This document shows, in pieces, positions 12,493 to 26,801 of a stretch of DNA of 64,000 nt. Made by a program: the position numbers and the translations under genes. The stretch lies in NCBI GenBank assembly GCA_009914755.4, contig CP068257.2, forward strand, positions 42,144,001 to 42,208,000, in the 5' to 3' direction. Under the pieces are notes generated by a model. The model had not been told where the DNA came from, made no database searches, and saw only the letters and a list, made by a program, of their open reading frames with translations. How positions within the stretch are numbered: position 1 is the first letter of the stretch; every line of letters begins with the position of its first letter. The DNA comes from the human T2T-CHM13v2.0 reference genome, Homo sapiens.

Positions 12493-13077
12493 GTGAGGAT
12501 CGGCCGGGCACTGACAGTGGCACCACCTTGGAGGTGGAGCTCCATCCTCGTGGGAGTGGTTTGGTTCTAGGGGTCTCATAGCACGTGGAGTCTCTTTGCA
12601 GAGAGGCCTGGTGGTGTTTCTGAGGGACAGGGAGGCAGGGCGCAGGGTTCCACAGCTCTCGTTTTTGTGGTTTTTGCTGAGTGGTTCTCAGACTTGAGTG
12701 TCCATTGGAGTGCCCCAGAGCCTGAGAGATGGGGTGCTGGCCTCAGGGGCTCCCAAGCACTGACCGCGGTGCTGCTGCTGGTCTGTTGGGCAGCACACGT
12801 CTGTTCTTGGCAGCGCGTGGCGGATGGAACTGGCATAGGTTATCGGAAGGACGGTTTCCTAGTGGGCGTCGATGGTTAGAGACGTAGGCGTTTCCCCTGG
12901 TGTTTCCTTATGAAAAGTTTCAGACCTGCAACTCAGTTGGAAGGATTTTATAGTGGATGTCTGCGTGTCCCTGCCGGCCTCCAGCATCAGCACTTCCTGT
13001 CCTTGCGTGAAGCTCCTCTATCCCAGCATCACACCCCTGCATCCGCCAGCGGGCGCGTCATCAGCTGTAGTCCAGGG

Positions 13078-13300
13078 TTTGGTTTTTTTATTTTTTATTT
13101 TTTGAGGCGGTGTCTCGCTCTGTTGCCCAGGATGGCGTGCAGTGGTGTGATGCAGCTCACTGCAGCCTCGATCTCCTGGTCTCAAGCGATCCTCCCGCCT
13201 CAGCCTCCCAGTCGCTGGGACCACAGGCGCACGCCACCACGCCGGCTAATTGTTGTATTTTTTGTAGAGACAGGGTTTCGCTGTGTTGCCCGGCTGGTCG
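13078..13300 (-). mobile_element. Alu SINE, partial (intron 11)
   Basis: ttttattttttgaggcggtgtctcgctctgttgcccaggatggcgtgcagtgg... Confidence 0.8.
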
Positions 13301-13884
13301 TCTGGGGTTTTCGGGACAGCGCGCGTCAGTGAGGTGCGTGAGGATCGTGTGCATCTGGCAGGTTTTGATGCAGAAAGTTGCCTTGGGCCGCCAGCATGAG
13401 CATTGTAGGCTGTAGACTTTGGTGTACAGGTTGAGCGTCTCTAATCTGAAACCCCAAATCCAAAATGCCACCAAGTCCAAAGCTGAGTGCTGACAGGAAG
13501 CTCCAGGGAAATGCTCGTCGCAGTGTTTTCTGTTTGGGGTTTTCAGGTGAGGGCTGTTGAACTGGTGAATATGATGCAGACGTTCCAAAACAACCTGACA
13601 TTCAAAGCACTGCTGGTCCCAGGCATTTGGGGTCGTGGACGCTCTATGCTGTACCTGTGTCCTGGATGCTCCAGGAACTGGCTTTTCCAGATGGGCTTGG
13701 GTCTCAGCTGGTTCGTTTCAGCTGTGGCGGGTACTGAACACGCTGCTCCTGGGCATTAGAACAGGGCGCTTTCTCACACACATTGTCAGGAGGTGGTGCT
13801 GGCTGGGGCCTGCTGGAAGCAGCGAGCCTCAAACCATAAGTCCCCAGCCCCCGAGAGCCCCCTGACTTCTGCCCTGGTTCTCAG

Positions 13885-13998
13885 GCATTTTCCCTGAAGA
13901 TGAGATCCCAGAGAAGGCCTGCAGGCGCCTGCTTGAAGGGAGGCGGCAGAAGAAGACGAAGAAGCAGAAGCGTCTGCTCAGGTTGCAGCAGGAGAGAG
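13885..13998 (+). CDS. RRP1: RRP1 exon 12 (G)IFPEDEIPEKACRRLLEGRRQKKTKKQKRLLRLQQER(G); basic, NLS-like
   Basis: acceptor ctggttctcag|GCATT, donor gagagag|GTAGGAct. Confidence 0.9.
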
Positions 13999-15122
13999 GT
14001 AGGACTAGGGGGTGTGTTAGTCATGGAGCCGGCGTCCTCACCTGCTTGCTTCTCCCCTGGATGGGGGTCACCTGCAGTGTCTCCCCCTGAAGCATGAGTG
14101 CCGAGTCCCCCATCCTGGGTGCCTGCTATCCACGCATCCCGGAAATGCCCTGTCCTCGGCATCCCTCCTGTAGGCCTCTCCCTGCCTCCCCCACCCACCT
14201 TCCTTGTCTGCAGCTCCCCCGAGCTGTGTGCGCTGCCCTCCCTCCCGGTCTGGAGACATCCTCCTGGCTGGGCTGCCTCCTTCCGTGCCTCCGTCTTAGA
14301 TCCAAGCCCCGTCCGCTCCTCTCCCGCACCCTCCAGAGATTCCTGAGTCTCTCCACGTCTTCCTTCCCCTTCTTCCCTCCACTTCTTCCCTCCACTTCTG
14401 TCCTTGATTTCTGGGGCTGCCTTCCGTGTTGGGCCTCTGGCCACACGAGTGTGGTTGGCATGTGATGCCCTCACCAGGGGCAACCCTGGGTCCGCGGCAG
14501 ACCACTCAGGGCCTGGAGCTGCCTACCTGCAGTGGAGGGGGTTGAGCACAGTGCCGGGCAGGGCAGGGGGCCCATGGCAAGAATGGGGTGCAGAGGAGGC
14601 ACATGGTGGCTTTGCCCCACACTGGGAAGCCTTCCCTGTTACTCTCTCCATGCTAAACTGGCCCCAGGGCCTAGGGATTCACCCCTTCCCTTGCCCAGAG
14701 CTCCGTGCCATTGAAGCCGTCCATCTCATTTCCCATGAGGCAGTGGCCTCCTCTTTGTAGCCGGCCCTTGGCTGTGTGAACCCTGTCGGCCCTGGCGTTC
14801 AGGACCTGGCACTGCCTGGCGTCCTGTTCTTCCACCTCCCCTTCTGCCTTGAGCCCAGTCCTGCCTACTCCTCTGTGCCTTTGCTCCTGGGTCTCATGAC
14901 CCTGTCCTCACGCTGGTCCTTCTGAGGTCAGCCCTTGCTGAGGTCCTGAGCCGTGTGGATGGAGCTTGGCGCCCACACTGGACACGGGATGCGTCTGGCT
15001 GGCTGTTGTGGCCGTGTTGTCCTCCCAGGTCTGTGGTGCTGGCATCCTCAGCCTGAGTTGGAGTAAGTGGAAAGAGCCCGTGTTGGCATTCTCTGGCTCA
15101 TGGGGTCTTGCTGTTTTGTCAG

Positions 15123-15385
15123 GGAAAGGTGAGAAGGAGCCCCCGAGCCCGGGCATGGAGAGGAAGAGGAGCAGGAGGAGGGGTGTAGGGGCCGACCCCG
15201 AGGCGCGGGCAGAGGCTGGTGAGCAGCCAGGCACAGCTGAGCGGGCCCTGCTCCGAGATCAGCCCAGGGGCCGTGGCCAGAGAGGGGCTCGCCAGAGAAG
15301 GAGGACACCTCGGCCCCTGACCAGTGCCCGAGCAAAGGCGGCCAATGTCCAGGAGCCGGAGAAGAAGAAGAAACGCAGGGAGTGA
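15123..15385 (+). CDS. RRP1: RRP1 exon 13 (last coding) (G)KGEKEPPSPGMERKRSRRRGVGADPEARAEAGEQPGTAERALLRDQPRGRGQRGARQRRRTPRPLTSARAKAANVQEPEKKKKRRE*
   Basis: acceptor ctgttttgtcag|GGAAAGG; in-frame TGA at 15383-15385; 13 exons sum to 1386 nt = 461 aa + stop. Confidence 0.9.
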
Positions 15386-15712
15386 TGTGGCCGGGCCAAG
15401 GACAGGCAGGGAGGGAGGCCAGGCCTCGCTTGCACCGCGGGACGAGGCTGACCGGGCTGTTCTGTAGACTCAGGACCGTGGCTCCAGAACTCCTGTGCCA
15501 GGCGGGAGGGAAGGGCGGCACTGGAGAGATGGGCCCATCATTAGGGGCCAGCATCCCAGGAACTGGACCTTTCCCCAGAGCCTCCGCCTGTGGCTGTGAT
15601 GACCTTGGGCCAGAAGGTCAAACTCCGAAGACTGAAACTCTGCCTGCAGCAGGACTGGCCGCCCCTGCTGTGGGGGGTTCAGAAAATAAAATGCCGCGCA
15701 GCCCTTGCCAGG
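15386..15712 (+). other. RRP1: RRP1 3'UTR (approximate end)
   Basis: from the stop codon to ~20 nt past the AATAAA. Confidence 0.55.
15685..15690 (+). terminator. RRP1: polyadenylation signal AATAAA with GU-rich downstream element (gtgtcgcttcaggtgtgtcc)
   Basis: first canonical AATAAA after the stop; no other canonical signal before the Alu at 16607. Confidence 0.55.
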
Positions 15713-16606
15713 GAAGTGTCGCTTCAGGTGTGTCCTACGGACGTGTGGGAGGTGGCAGGCGCCAGCCTCCGAGCAGTGTGGTGGTTTATATTCATGTTTG
15801 TGGAAAAATCTTGCAAGACATTTCTCCTTTCACAGAACTGCCCAGGTGTTAACAGGGCTGTCTGGACGGGGCTCTTTTGCTTCCCCCTCAATCTGGGGTC
15901 TAGAGTTGTGCAAGGAATTCAGCTCCAGTAAGGCCTGGATTGCCCGGGGTGAGCGTGTGTGTGGTGGGAAGACCTGGCTTCCGCGAGAGCCTTGTTCCTG
16001 GAGGCAGGAGCGCCCCGCCATCCTGGGTACCCGCGGGTCCGCAGGCTGCGCACCTCTTTCCCTCAGCCAGGTCACCCTCAGCGTCCTCCCTGCCCCTCTC
16101 CCCTTCACACCTGCTGGAGCCTGTGAGGGAGGTGGCGGGTCCCCACTGTGGCGACGGAGAGCTGACAGTAGCCCAGGGCTTTCCACCTGCATGGAACAAG
16201 GGCCTGTCTGCCGCCAGCGCTGTGGCCACAGCCTGCATAGGTGACAAGGGGCCGCTGCGTTGGGTTTTGCCCGCATCTTCTGTTCCATGGGTGCCCAGCC
16301 AGCCAGGCCGTGTGGGATCCAGCGAGAGGCCAGGGCTTGGAGTGGGCCTGGGACCAGGAAGGACCTCTAGGCTGTGGCTGGCCTTGTGCAGACCCTGGAC
16401 TGCATCCGGTTCCCCAAAGCCCTGCTGCATTCGAGTGTCCCCCAACCCCGGGCAGGTGGCACCTGGTGACACCTCCTTCAGTCCCACTCAGCTGGGCGGC
16501 CGGGGCAGGCTTAGGGCACAGTTAGGGGCCAAGGAGAGGGAAGGCCAGGGCCCCTGTTCTAGGGGTTAGGGTTCTTTCCCCAAAGGAACTTAAAAAGACA
16601 AGCGTG

Positions 16607-16996
<390 letters not shown>

Positions 16997-17467
16997 TTAC
17001 CCCCAGCAGGGCCTGTTGGGACGAGCCCCTGCAGTTGGAGGCCTTTGGAAGGGAACGGGGTGCATTATAACGCTTTCTTGTTTTTGAAGTTTCTTTGGTC
17101 AAAAGCTAAGGAAACAACCATGCTAACAGAAGTTTCTGGAAAAAAGCAAATTAGAGATGCCGAATTGCAGTTGTGAAACTGGAAGCCACAGTGACTTTGC
17201 ATCTTCTTTCACATGTGTGTTCACAGGGAGGGGTTTTTCATGGCTGCGCCGGCACTGTCACGCTCTGGCTGTTTCCAGGCCCTGCTGGGTGCACGTTTCC
17301 CCATATTCAGAATTGTTTTAAATAACCGCATTGTGCTTATGACATGAATGACTGAATTCCTCTCCTATTGGTAGCCTCTTTTACTTTTTTATTTTTTTAT
17401 TTTTGAGACTGAGTTTTGAGTTGAGTTTTTTTTGAGACCGAGTTGTTTTATTTCCGCACATGAATGG

Positions 17468-17535
17468 TAGTTCCAGCTACTCAGGAGGCCAAGGTGGGAG
17501 AAGCGCCTGAGCCCAGGAGAGAACCATCGAGAGGT
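17468..17535 (+). mobile_element. Alu fragment
   Basis: agttccagctactcaggaggccaaggtgggagaagcgcctgagcccaggag. Confidence 0.7.
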
Positions 17536-18424
17536 AATTCACATGGAGTACAGTTCGCCCAACTGAAGTGTGTAATTCGAGTTTTCAGCATATTCAAAGT
17601 TGTACAGCCATCACCACAGTCAACTTTAGACCATTTTCAGCCCAAAAGAAACTGGGCCATCGCCCCTCTGTCTCCCCGCCACCTGCACGCATCCTCCCGG
17701 CCTCAGGTTCCGGGCCGTGTCTGTTCTGGCCATGTGTTACGGGATCACGCAGCACCGTGGTTCCAGGGCTCATCCACACTGGAGTCTTTCCTTCATATGG
17801 CTGAGTGACATCCCACGGTACAGACAGTGCATTGCATCTGCCCGTTTGTCCACTGATGGACGTTTGGGGTGTTTCCGCCTTTGGCCGTCTTGAGTCACGC
17901 TGCTGTGTAAGGATGAGTTTGCAGGGGATGGATGCTTTCATTCCTCTGGGGCAGATGCCTAGGAGTGTCATGGCTGGGTTTTGGGCTCACCATGTCTAGT
18001 CGGTTGAAGAACTACTTTCCAGACTTTTCTACAGTGGCTGCATGCGTTGAGTTGAGCCTCGGGGATGGGCCCCTGTCTGGGTGTTCTGCTATGGCCAGGC
18101 TGATGGGATCCCAGGAGGTGACTCTTCTCAGGACACTTGGCCCAGCCACTCTGACTTTGTGACCAGGACGGGAAGCACCTGTGGTTCCACTCGCCTGCCT
18201 GTGGAGTGGGAGTAACAGCACAGGGCTGGGATGAGGATGATGTTGCTTTTTCCTGGAAAAACAATCTCTCAACCTTACAGAAACATTGCAGACACACAGC
18301 ATTTCTCCCCCGAGCCTTTTGAGAGCATTTCCTGACTTGGTGCCCCAGCACCCTGGATACTTTGTGGCCCATTTCCTCCTACAGAGACATTCCCTTAACC
18401 ACAGCACAGTGGTCACAGAGGGAG

Positions 18425-18548
18425 CTAGAGCCAGGTGTGGTGGCATGTGTGTAGTCCCAGCTACCCTGGAGGCCAAGGCGGGAGGATCGCTTGGGCCCAT
18501 GAATTTGAGTGAGCCTGGGCAACATCAAGACCCCGTCTCAAACCAGGA
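18425..18548 (+). mobile_element. Alu right-arm fragment
   Basis: gccaggtgtggtggcatgtgtgtagtcccagctaccctggaggccaaggcgggaggatcgcttg... Confidence 0.8.
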
Positions 18549-18935
18549 AAAATCAGGGAATTAGCGTGGATACCTCACTGTGTCCAACCCTCGAACCCTC
18601 AGTCCTTGGTTGTCTCAGTGAAGTCGTTTGCAGCCCTAGGGCCCTGTTCAGATTCTCTCATTTCTCTGAAGATCTCTAGCTCCTGTGAGGGGAGGGTGGT
18701 GTTTAGAAGCCGATCTGGCTGGGCCCTTGCTATTCCGATCTCATTGTTCACAGGTGTTCTCAGCTGGCAGAGCTGGGGCAGTGTGTGCACAGCGCATGCC
18801 TGTTCTCTACCTGTCCCGCCAGCCACCCTCCATCTGTCTAGATTAAGGTCTTCAGAAAAAACAGAACCAATGAATGGGTTTTGTGTCTGTCCACTCCAGC
18901 TGCGAGAACAAAATAGTAGGGACTGGGCAGCTTAG

Positions 18936-19351
<416 letters not shown>

Positions 19352-21940
19352 GTCCTGACCTCCCTTACAAGGATGTCAGGAAGGTTGGACTGGGGCCCAG
19401 CCCTGTGATCTCATTTAACCCTGGTCACCTCCTTAGAGGCCCCATCTCCAGTCACACGGGGAGTTAGGGCTTCAACATGTGCTTGTCAGGGGATACAGTC
19501 CTGTCCATAGCAGGCGTGTGTGTGTGGTGGTGGCGGAGGGGAGAGTGCCCTGTTTGTTGTGAGGAGTCGGCTCACAGGACTGGGGCTGGCAGTTGGGAGT
19601 TCTGCAGGGCAGGCGGCCGGCTGGAGACCCCGGAACGTCCTCAGGGGCGGGGACCCCGGTCTTTTAAGTCCTTGACCAGGCAGACTGGATGAGGCCCCCT
19701 CTGCAGAGGCCCACCTGCTTTCCTTAGTCCACCGATTCAAATCAGCCTCATCCTGGAAACACCCTCAGGAACATCGGGGCGCTCCACCCGAAGCTGGGTG
19801 CCGGGGTCTGCTGCAGCGTTGGCCGCTCACTGTCTTATCGGCTGCCTATGCCTGCCCCACTCGTGTTAGGAGTTGACCTCTGGGAGAGGCGGTGCCTCCA
19901 GCTGTGATGGACACCCAGGGTGTATTCTAGGGTTTCCCTTCTGTGTTTGAACCTCCCTTTGCCGAAGGAACTCTGGCTTACATTACCCCCGATACTCACT
20001 TCATGCAGAACCGAGGCCGGGAGTGGGTGCTGCGCCCCTTCCCGCGTGGGTGCCCTCCTCACCTTCGGCTCTGCCACCCCCGCGGGAACCCTCCTGCCTG
20101 GTCACCTGCTTTCACACCCAGCTGCGCCACCTCCTGCAGGGCCCCCGGTTCCTGTGGGGCTCTGACACCAGGACACCCGCTCTTCACCCAGCCTGGGCCG
20201 CCGTGGCCCCCCGCCCCTACGGTGCAGCTCTGCCCTTGTTGGCCCTGTCTGAGGCTCCCGAGGGAGCTTGAGGGAGCTCAGGGGTGCCTGGTGAGCGGGG
20301 GTCTCCTGGATGCTCCTCTTCCAAGCTCAGAGGCTGACCTGGCAAGTGGCAGCACCCCACCTCCCCATTTGAAGCCCACAAGGAGGAAGAAAAGAAACTT
20401 CTTGACTCACCCATCACGGAGACCCACGGCCATCCCGAGAGGTGTGGCCACGTGAGCAACAACGCTCCACGCTGGGTGTGGGCGAGGGTCTTCCAGGGAC
20501 CCTAAGCCTTCTTAAAGAACAACTTGGAGATGTACTTCATGCAGCGTTCAGTTCCCCGTTGCGGGTGCACAGTCGGGCGGCCGTGCACTGCAGCACAGCT
20601 CATTGTAGAGCATCTCAGCGCCCCAGAGAGCAAGTCCCGACGCAGGGCCCCCTTTACCTGGAGGTGACTCCGGGGAGGGGCCTGTGGACTCGCAGGGTGG
20701 TGAGGCGAGTGTGTGCATGTACAGCTTCCTCCCGCAGCCAAACGGTCTAGAACAAACATGCTGTGTCCTCGCTGACTTCAGAGCTTCAGTAGCAACCCAC
20801 GCCACAGCTTCACAGTTGACAGTTGTCACAGGCTCTGCTCGGAGGTGACGTTCTGGGGACTGAGCAGCAGCTCTGGAGTTACAGACTTAGAGGGGCCGTC
20901 TCCGGGCCCCCCTGCTTTTTCCTCCTCGCCTCGGTACCAGTAGATGGAGACGCCAGTTGCAGTCCTGCCAGCCCACAGTGGCTCACGTTCCAAAGGCTCT
21001 TCCCTGCAGGCTCTCAGCCAGCCTGGGTCACTAGAGGTGCCCATTTTCCTGCCTGGCATGGCTGAGCAGAGCCAAGAAACAGCCTTGAACCCCAAGACCT
21101 CTCCCTCAGCCAGAATGTTCTCTGCGTGAGCTTCTCATGCTCAAATATGACCGTGACCTGTAACATCTCCCGGTAGGCCTTGCGGGAAGTAGAGGCATTG
21201 CACGGGCGAGGGAGGTAAGCAGGGAGCAGCCCCCGGCGAGGGTAGGCCCTGCAGCTGCGGCAGGGGTGAGGGGAGGGGCTGAGAGGTGGACGGCAAGTCA
21301 GGCAGCGCCCTGGGTGTTGTGGGGCGGTTCACGCAGGGGTGTGACCTGGCCAGGCAATTTTGGACCCACTTCCTGGCCGTGGGATCGAGGGTGGGTTTGG
21401 GGACAGTTCTGCCAGCAGCCCCGGGGTTGGAACATGTCTCACAGAACTTCCACTGTTGCATATACTGCCTTATAAAGATAGACCGGTAATGGGGACTGTC
21501 CCCCCTCATTAGCCCGGAAGTTCCCCCAGAGGGCACAAGACCCCACGCGGTGATGTTGAGGCCTGGACGGTGGTGGTGGATGAAGAAGAGGCCTGGTTTG
21601 CAGTGTGTGTGGTGCTGTGGCCTACCAGGAAGAGGGCCCAGGAGTGGGCATGCATGTGCCCAGCCCCCAGCCCACGTGGTAGGGAGCCGGCCCCACAGCC
21701 ATAGCCTGGAGTCTGAAAGGGAACATCTCCATCTCTGATGGGGACCTTTTCCCCAAATGGACTCTTCTACCGTGAAGAGAACGGCAATGGCCAGCGCCGC
21801 GGTGAGCTGCTCGGAGATTATCCCCACAAGCATCACTTACCTCTACACAGGGCTGGTTTTACTTCCTGAACCGGATTCGCCGGAAGGAGCTGCAGGAGAC
21901 TGCCTCGGAGTCTTCCCGCAGGGACCATCTCCCCAGCGTG

Positions 21941-22325
21941 CGGCCTCTCCCCTGTGTAGCCTCTCCCCCATGTGACCTCTCCCCCTGCGGCCTCTCCCCC
22001 TTGTGACCTCTCCCCTGCGTGTCCTCCCCCATGTGACCTCTCCCCTGCGTGGCCTCTCCCCCGCGTGGCCTCTGCCCCATGTGACCTCTCCCCCCTGCGG
22101 CCTCTCCCCATTGTGACCTCTCCCCTGCATGGCCTCTCCCTTGTGTGGCCTCTCCCCCATGTGACCTCTCCCCTGCGTGGCCTCCCCCATGTGACCTCTC
22201 CCCTGCGTGGCCTCTCCCCCGCGTGGCCTCTGCCCCATGTGACCTCTCACCCCGCAGCCTCTCCCCCTTGTAACCTCTCCCCTGCATGGCCTCTCCCCCG
22301 CGTGGCTTCTCCCCCGTGTGGCATC
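21941..22325. repeat. C-rich minisatellite, ~24 copies of 15-16-bp unit CCTCTCCCC(C)NYGYGR
   Basis: periodic cctctcccccatgtga / cctctcccctgcgtgg units; the six-frame ORFs across it (GRGHMGERPH.. and PLRGLSPAWPLPHVTS..) are repeat artefacts. Confidence 0.85.
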
Positions 22326-25300
22326 ACCCGTGGGTTCTCATTGCATGGAGCCCTGGCCCCTTACTGTGGGTGAGGAGTAGGGGGAGGATTGGCCGTTGGG
22401 TTCTGGGTTCCGCAGTCCACCGAGGGCAGTCTGGCCCTCTCTGTGCCTCCCCCAGGGATGTTGCCGGCCCTTTGTCCCCTTCTGTCACGTCCCCTGTCAC
22501 CTGCCCTCTAGGACCTGCATGGCTGCAGTCCCACCAGCTGCCTCTGGGGGGTGCCCATGGCCCTGGAATGGGCTTGGGGGAGAACGCGCCGCCCCGGGGC
22601 CTCCAACCCTTTGCTCCAGGCCACTTGCTCCACCCTCTCTTGCTGCCCCGTGTGACCCAGGATCTGTTTGGGCGAGTGCCTCGTTCTCTCCCTGAGTGGA
22701 GCTTCTGCAGGTGCTTCACGAAGGCTGGCACCCACCTCTACCTGTGTACCACGGCCTGGGATGGACCCTGCAGCTGTGGCCCTCCTGGCACTATCCCTAC
22801 CCTGTGCCCTGGTGGGTGTGCAGTGGGAACAGGCACCCTGGGGTCCTTGGAGGCTCAGCCTCCTCAGCCCTCACCCCCGAGACCCCATCGTGGCGCCTGT
22901 GTCCACTCAGGGATTATCCCAAGCCTGGCCAGAGGTCGGGAGGGGACAGAGGGAGCCACATAGGAGCCTCTACCAGCCCCTTTCTTACCACGGGGTGGGG
23001 GCGCTTCCCTCCCACAGGGTCTCAGGCTTGTGGGCTCCCCCCAGCTGCCCAGGCCCCAGAGGGCACTTCTGACCCTTCTCTTTGGGGTCTGCCCTGGGGG
23101 GCTCCAGGCCACTTGCTCCACCCCATCCCTCTTCTGGAGCCTCCCAGCACCTCAGTTCCGACTGTGGGGAAAACAGAACCCTAGGAAGCAACCTCACGGC
23201 TGTGGGCAGGGGAGGGCGGCCGGGAGCCCCAGCTGCCCCACAGGGACATTGAGTGAAGGCAGAGCCTGGGAGGGAAGTCAGATCCGTGCATGGGTCCCTT
23301 CCTGTTGGTGTTGGCGTCCCTGAGTGAGCAGCCATCCGCCGCCCCCTGGAAAGAGACCTGGAGAAGCAGCTTCAAGCTTTGGAGCCCAGCCCAGCTGCTA
23401 GCAGCCCCTGGGTCACAGTGCGAAGGGGGAAGGCAGGGGCTTGAGGAAGAAAGTGAGAGGATTGTGCCTGGGGGCCCCTGGAGGGCCAGTCTGGAGGCGC
23501 GTTGGGGTGAGGCGGTGCTGGCTGTGCCCGTCTGAGATGGGCAGAGGGAAGGCGCCCAGGGCTGAGCCCAGGGTCCCCAGGCCAGTCCCTCACTGCTCTG
23601 GGGTTCAGTTTCCTCACCTGCACAAAGGGCGGGTCCCGTGCTCTCCGGAGGCCACACGGGGTCTCCCTGAGGCACTGAGTCTGGCTTGTTTCTGGAAACT
23701 GAGGCACAGGAGGACGTTGATAACCGGCCTTCCTCTGTTCTCTTTCCCAGGGGTGCAGCTCGTCCGTCCCATGGTTTCAGATTTGCCCGGTGTGTTGCAA
23801 CCACCACCTGGCACTCAGCTTGCCCGGTGCCGCCTGGCCCCGCAGCCTTTCCCAGGCCTTGCAAGGGTGGCACAGATGGGGAAACTCCATCTGCAGGGGC
23901 GTCACCCCCGAGGGATGTGTCCTCCACACTCCCTTGATGGTCACGTGGGTCCCGGGAGGGCGCGTGTGACTCTTCCCAGGATTGCAGCGTTGGGGCGTTG
24001 TGCCAGCCTGGCCCCGTGGGTGCGGAGTGCCGTGGACCCCTCGGCCCTCCTGACCTTGTTTCCCTTTGATGTAGAAGTCTGCATGGCATGAATTCCAGTG
24101 ACAATGGGCCGGGCCAGGCTCCCTGTGCCCCTGGTACCGCTGCCCAGGGCCGGTCTCTGCAGTCACCCTCCTTCCTTCCTGGTGGCTCCTCCCTCCCTCC
24201 TTTGTTCTTCTTTCTTTTCCTGCCTAAATGTTTATCGAGTCCCTCCTGCATTAAGTACCCGTGCTGTGCAACAAATTACCTTGAACTTGGTGACTTCACC
24301 ACCACTGCATGTCAGCGCCCAGCCGTAGACGAGGGTTTGGGAGGCATGGCTGGGCCTGCCCAGGGCTCCCTGGCTGAAGTGGGTGCTGAAGCTGCCAGGC
24401 ACTGGAGGCTGGGCCTCTCGCACACTCCCTGGCTGTTGGGAGGGTGCATTCTTCTTTCTTCCTTGTCTTCTAGAGGATGCACTCTTGGCTGTAGGCCTCC
24501 CGTTTCTCTCACGGGCTATTCCTGGGGTTCCCTCAGATCCTGGAGGTGCCCACAGCCCCCTTCCCCGAGGCTCCCCCCCCCACACACTTTGCTTCTTCAG
24601 TGCCAGCAGGAGAAATTCTCCCTCATCAGCTTCCTCAGAGAAGGGCTCACCTGGTCAGGTCAGGCCCCGCACTCGGGCAGGCACAGCAGGGCGCACCCCA
24701 TGACGCACCCAGAACCCGCCCCCACAGCCCCGGAGTCCTGGCCGCTGTCCCCAGCCCTACGCCCCTCTCAGAGCTTGAGCCAGGGGCAGCGCAATGGGCA
24801 GCTCCTTCCCTCTCCTGTCCCTGGAAAACTGCTCTGGGTGATTTGGCGGAGAGTGAGAGGATTCGAAAACGCTGGTACGTGGCAGGGGCTGGCAGATTCC
24901 AAAAGTGGCCCCAGACTCCCTGGACACCCAGACCATCCACCTGGTGCCACAGTACCTGATTCCCATGGCCAGGGCATTGGGGAGCCAGGCAGGGGCAGGG
25001 GAGGGGCGTTCCAGGTCCTCCCTCCTTGCCTTGACCTACATCCCAGGTGACCCAGCGAGGCCCAGGCCCCCGCCCAGTCTGCCCCGCCTCACAGTCAGGC
25101 TTCATCCTCATCCCCAGCAGCCCCTGGGCCCCCCATGTCACCCTCAGGGCACTTGAGGGCAGGGTCAGGCCAGACCAAGTGTGGGGCCTGGCCAGGAGCA
25201 GGTGGTGCCGGGGAATGAGTATAGGGCTTATGGTGCCGTGGCCTGTCTGCTGCCTGGTCTGTCCTAAGGCCAGTGGCCCTGTCCCTAGGCTGTGGGGCAC

Positions 25301-25428
25301 AGGTCCCATTCCCCGGGGGAGTGAAGGGCTCAGGCAGCAGGCAGCCCCGTCCCCTCCCCTAGGGTGTGCCTGGGTGACTCCTGGGCTGGCCGACTGGGAG
25401 CTAGCCTGAGTGTAGGTTTTGAGTCTGA

Positions 25429-25840
<412 letters not shown>

Positions 25841-26801
25841 CATAATGTCCTACTCTTGCCTGAAGGCTCTGAGCCGTTCGGGTCTCCTGGACACGGAGAA
25901 GCCACAGCCCAGTGCCACCTGTCCTTTTCTCTCCGCTGCTCACAGGGGCCGAGGTCTGCACACCCATGGCTGCCCCAGGCTGCCCGCCAGGAGCTGCCTT
26001 TTCCCTGGCCAGGCTGTTTCTCAGCCCTGCGGTTCCCAAGGAAACGGGCTTCCAGGCAAGCCCGGGTGGAGTTCACTTTTCTCCCAATTGGAATTCGGCT
26101 GAATTGAATCCAGCCTCTGCTCCCCTCACCTCCGCATCCTGAATTTCTGCTCCCAGCTCCCTCGGCCTGGGTCAGGTTGGGTGGGTGGTGACACCGTATT
26201 CTGGCCCTTGGGGTTTAGGTCAGAGGTGCTGGGGCCTGTGTGGGGTGATCATGGCACTCTGCGGAGAGGGAGGGAGCCAGGCCAGGAGGTCGGCTTGGCT
26301 GGAGACAGCCTGGTCCCACTGGGAGCCCTGGAGCACCTGGAGTTGGGCTGGCTGGGGCAGGAAGGTTGTCTTTTGGGCACCCCTCCAACCCGTCAATCAG
26401 CCGTGGGCTGCCCTTCCATTGAGATGTGGGGAAAACCTTGATGAGGTTTGTTCAAGGTGAATGTTCGTGAGGTGTGAGCCACTGCGCCTGGCACATGATG
26501 TCCTACTCCTGCCTCTCGCCTCAGGCAAGGGTCCGCAACAGCCGGGCTCAGCCTCTGTTTTGGAGGGAGGAAGGAAGGAAGCAGGAAGACTACCTGAAGC
26601 CCCCAGTAAGTGCAGTGGAGAAGATAGAGCAAGGTGAAGGGTTGGCCGTGTGGAGGGCGAGTGTGCGGTCAGGGGAGGGCTTCTTTGGGCAAATATTTGA
26701 CAGAGGCAAAGCCGGGAGCCAAGTGGATATTTGGGGCAGAGTGGGGTTGGCGGCAGGAGTAGCCAGTGCCAAGGCCCTGCAGGGGTGCACGGGTGTGTAG
26801 A

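Noticed and set aside
13881-14483. 200-aa minus-strand ORF overlapping RRP1 exon 12 and intron 12
   Set aside because: It is antisense to a confirmed exon, its composition is low complexity, and it has no independent support.
21833-22373. Four overlapping ~90-140-aa ORFs (GRGHMGERPH.. and PLRGLSPAWPLPHVTS..)
   Set aside because: They are translations of the 16-bp C-rich minisatellite in several frames.
23181-24251. 356-aa ORF on the minus strand, the longest ORF in the track outside RRP1
   Set aside because: It has extreme Pro/Gly/Arg/Ala/Ser bias, no recognisable domain, and no splice-consistent neighbours. It lies in a >65% GC block where long ORFs arise by chance.
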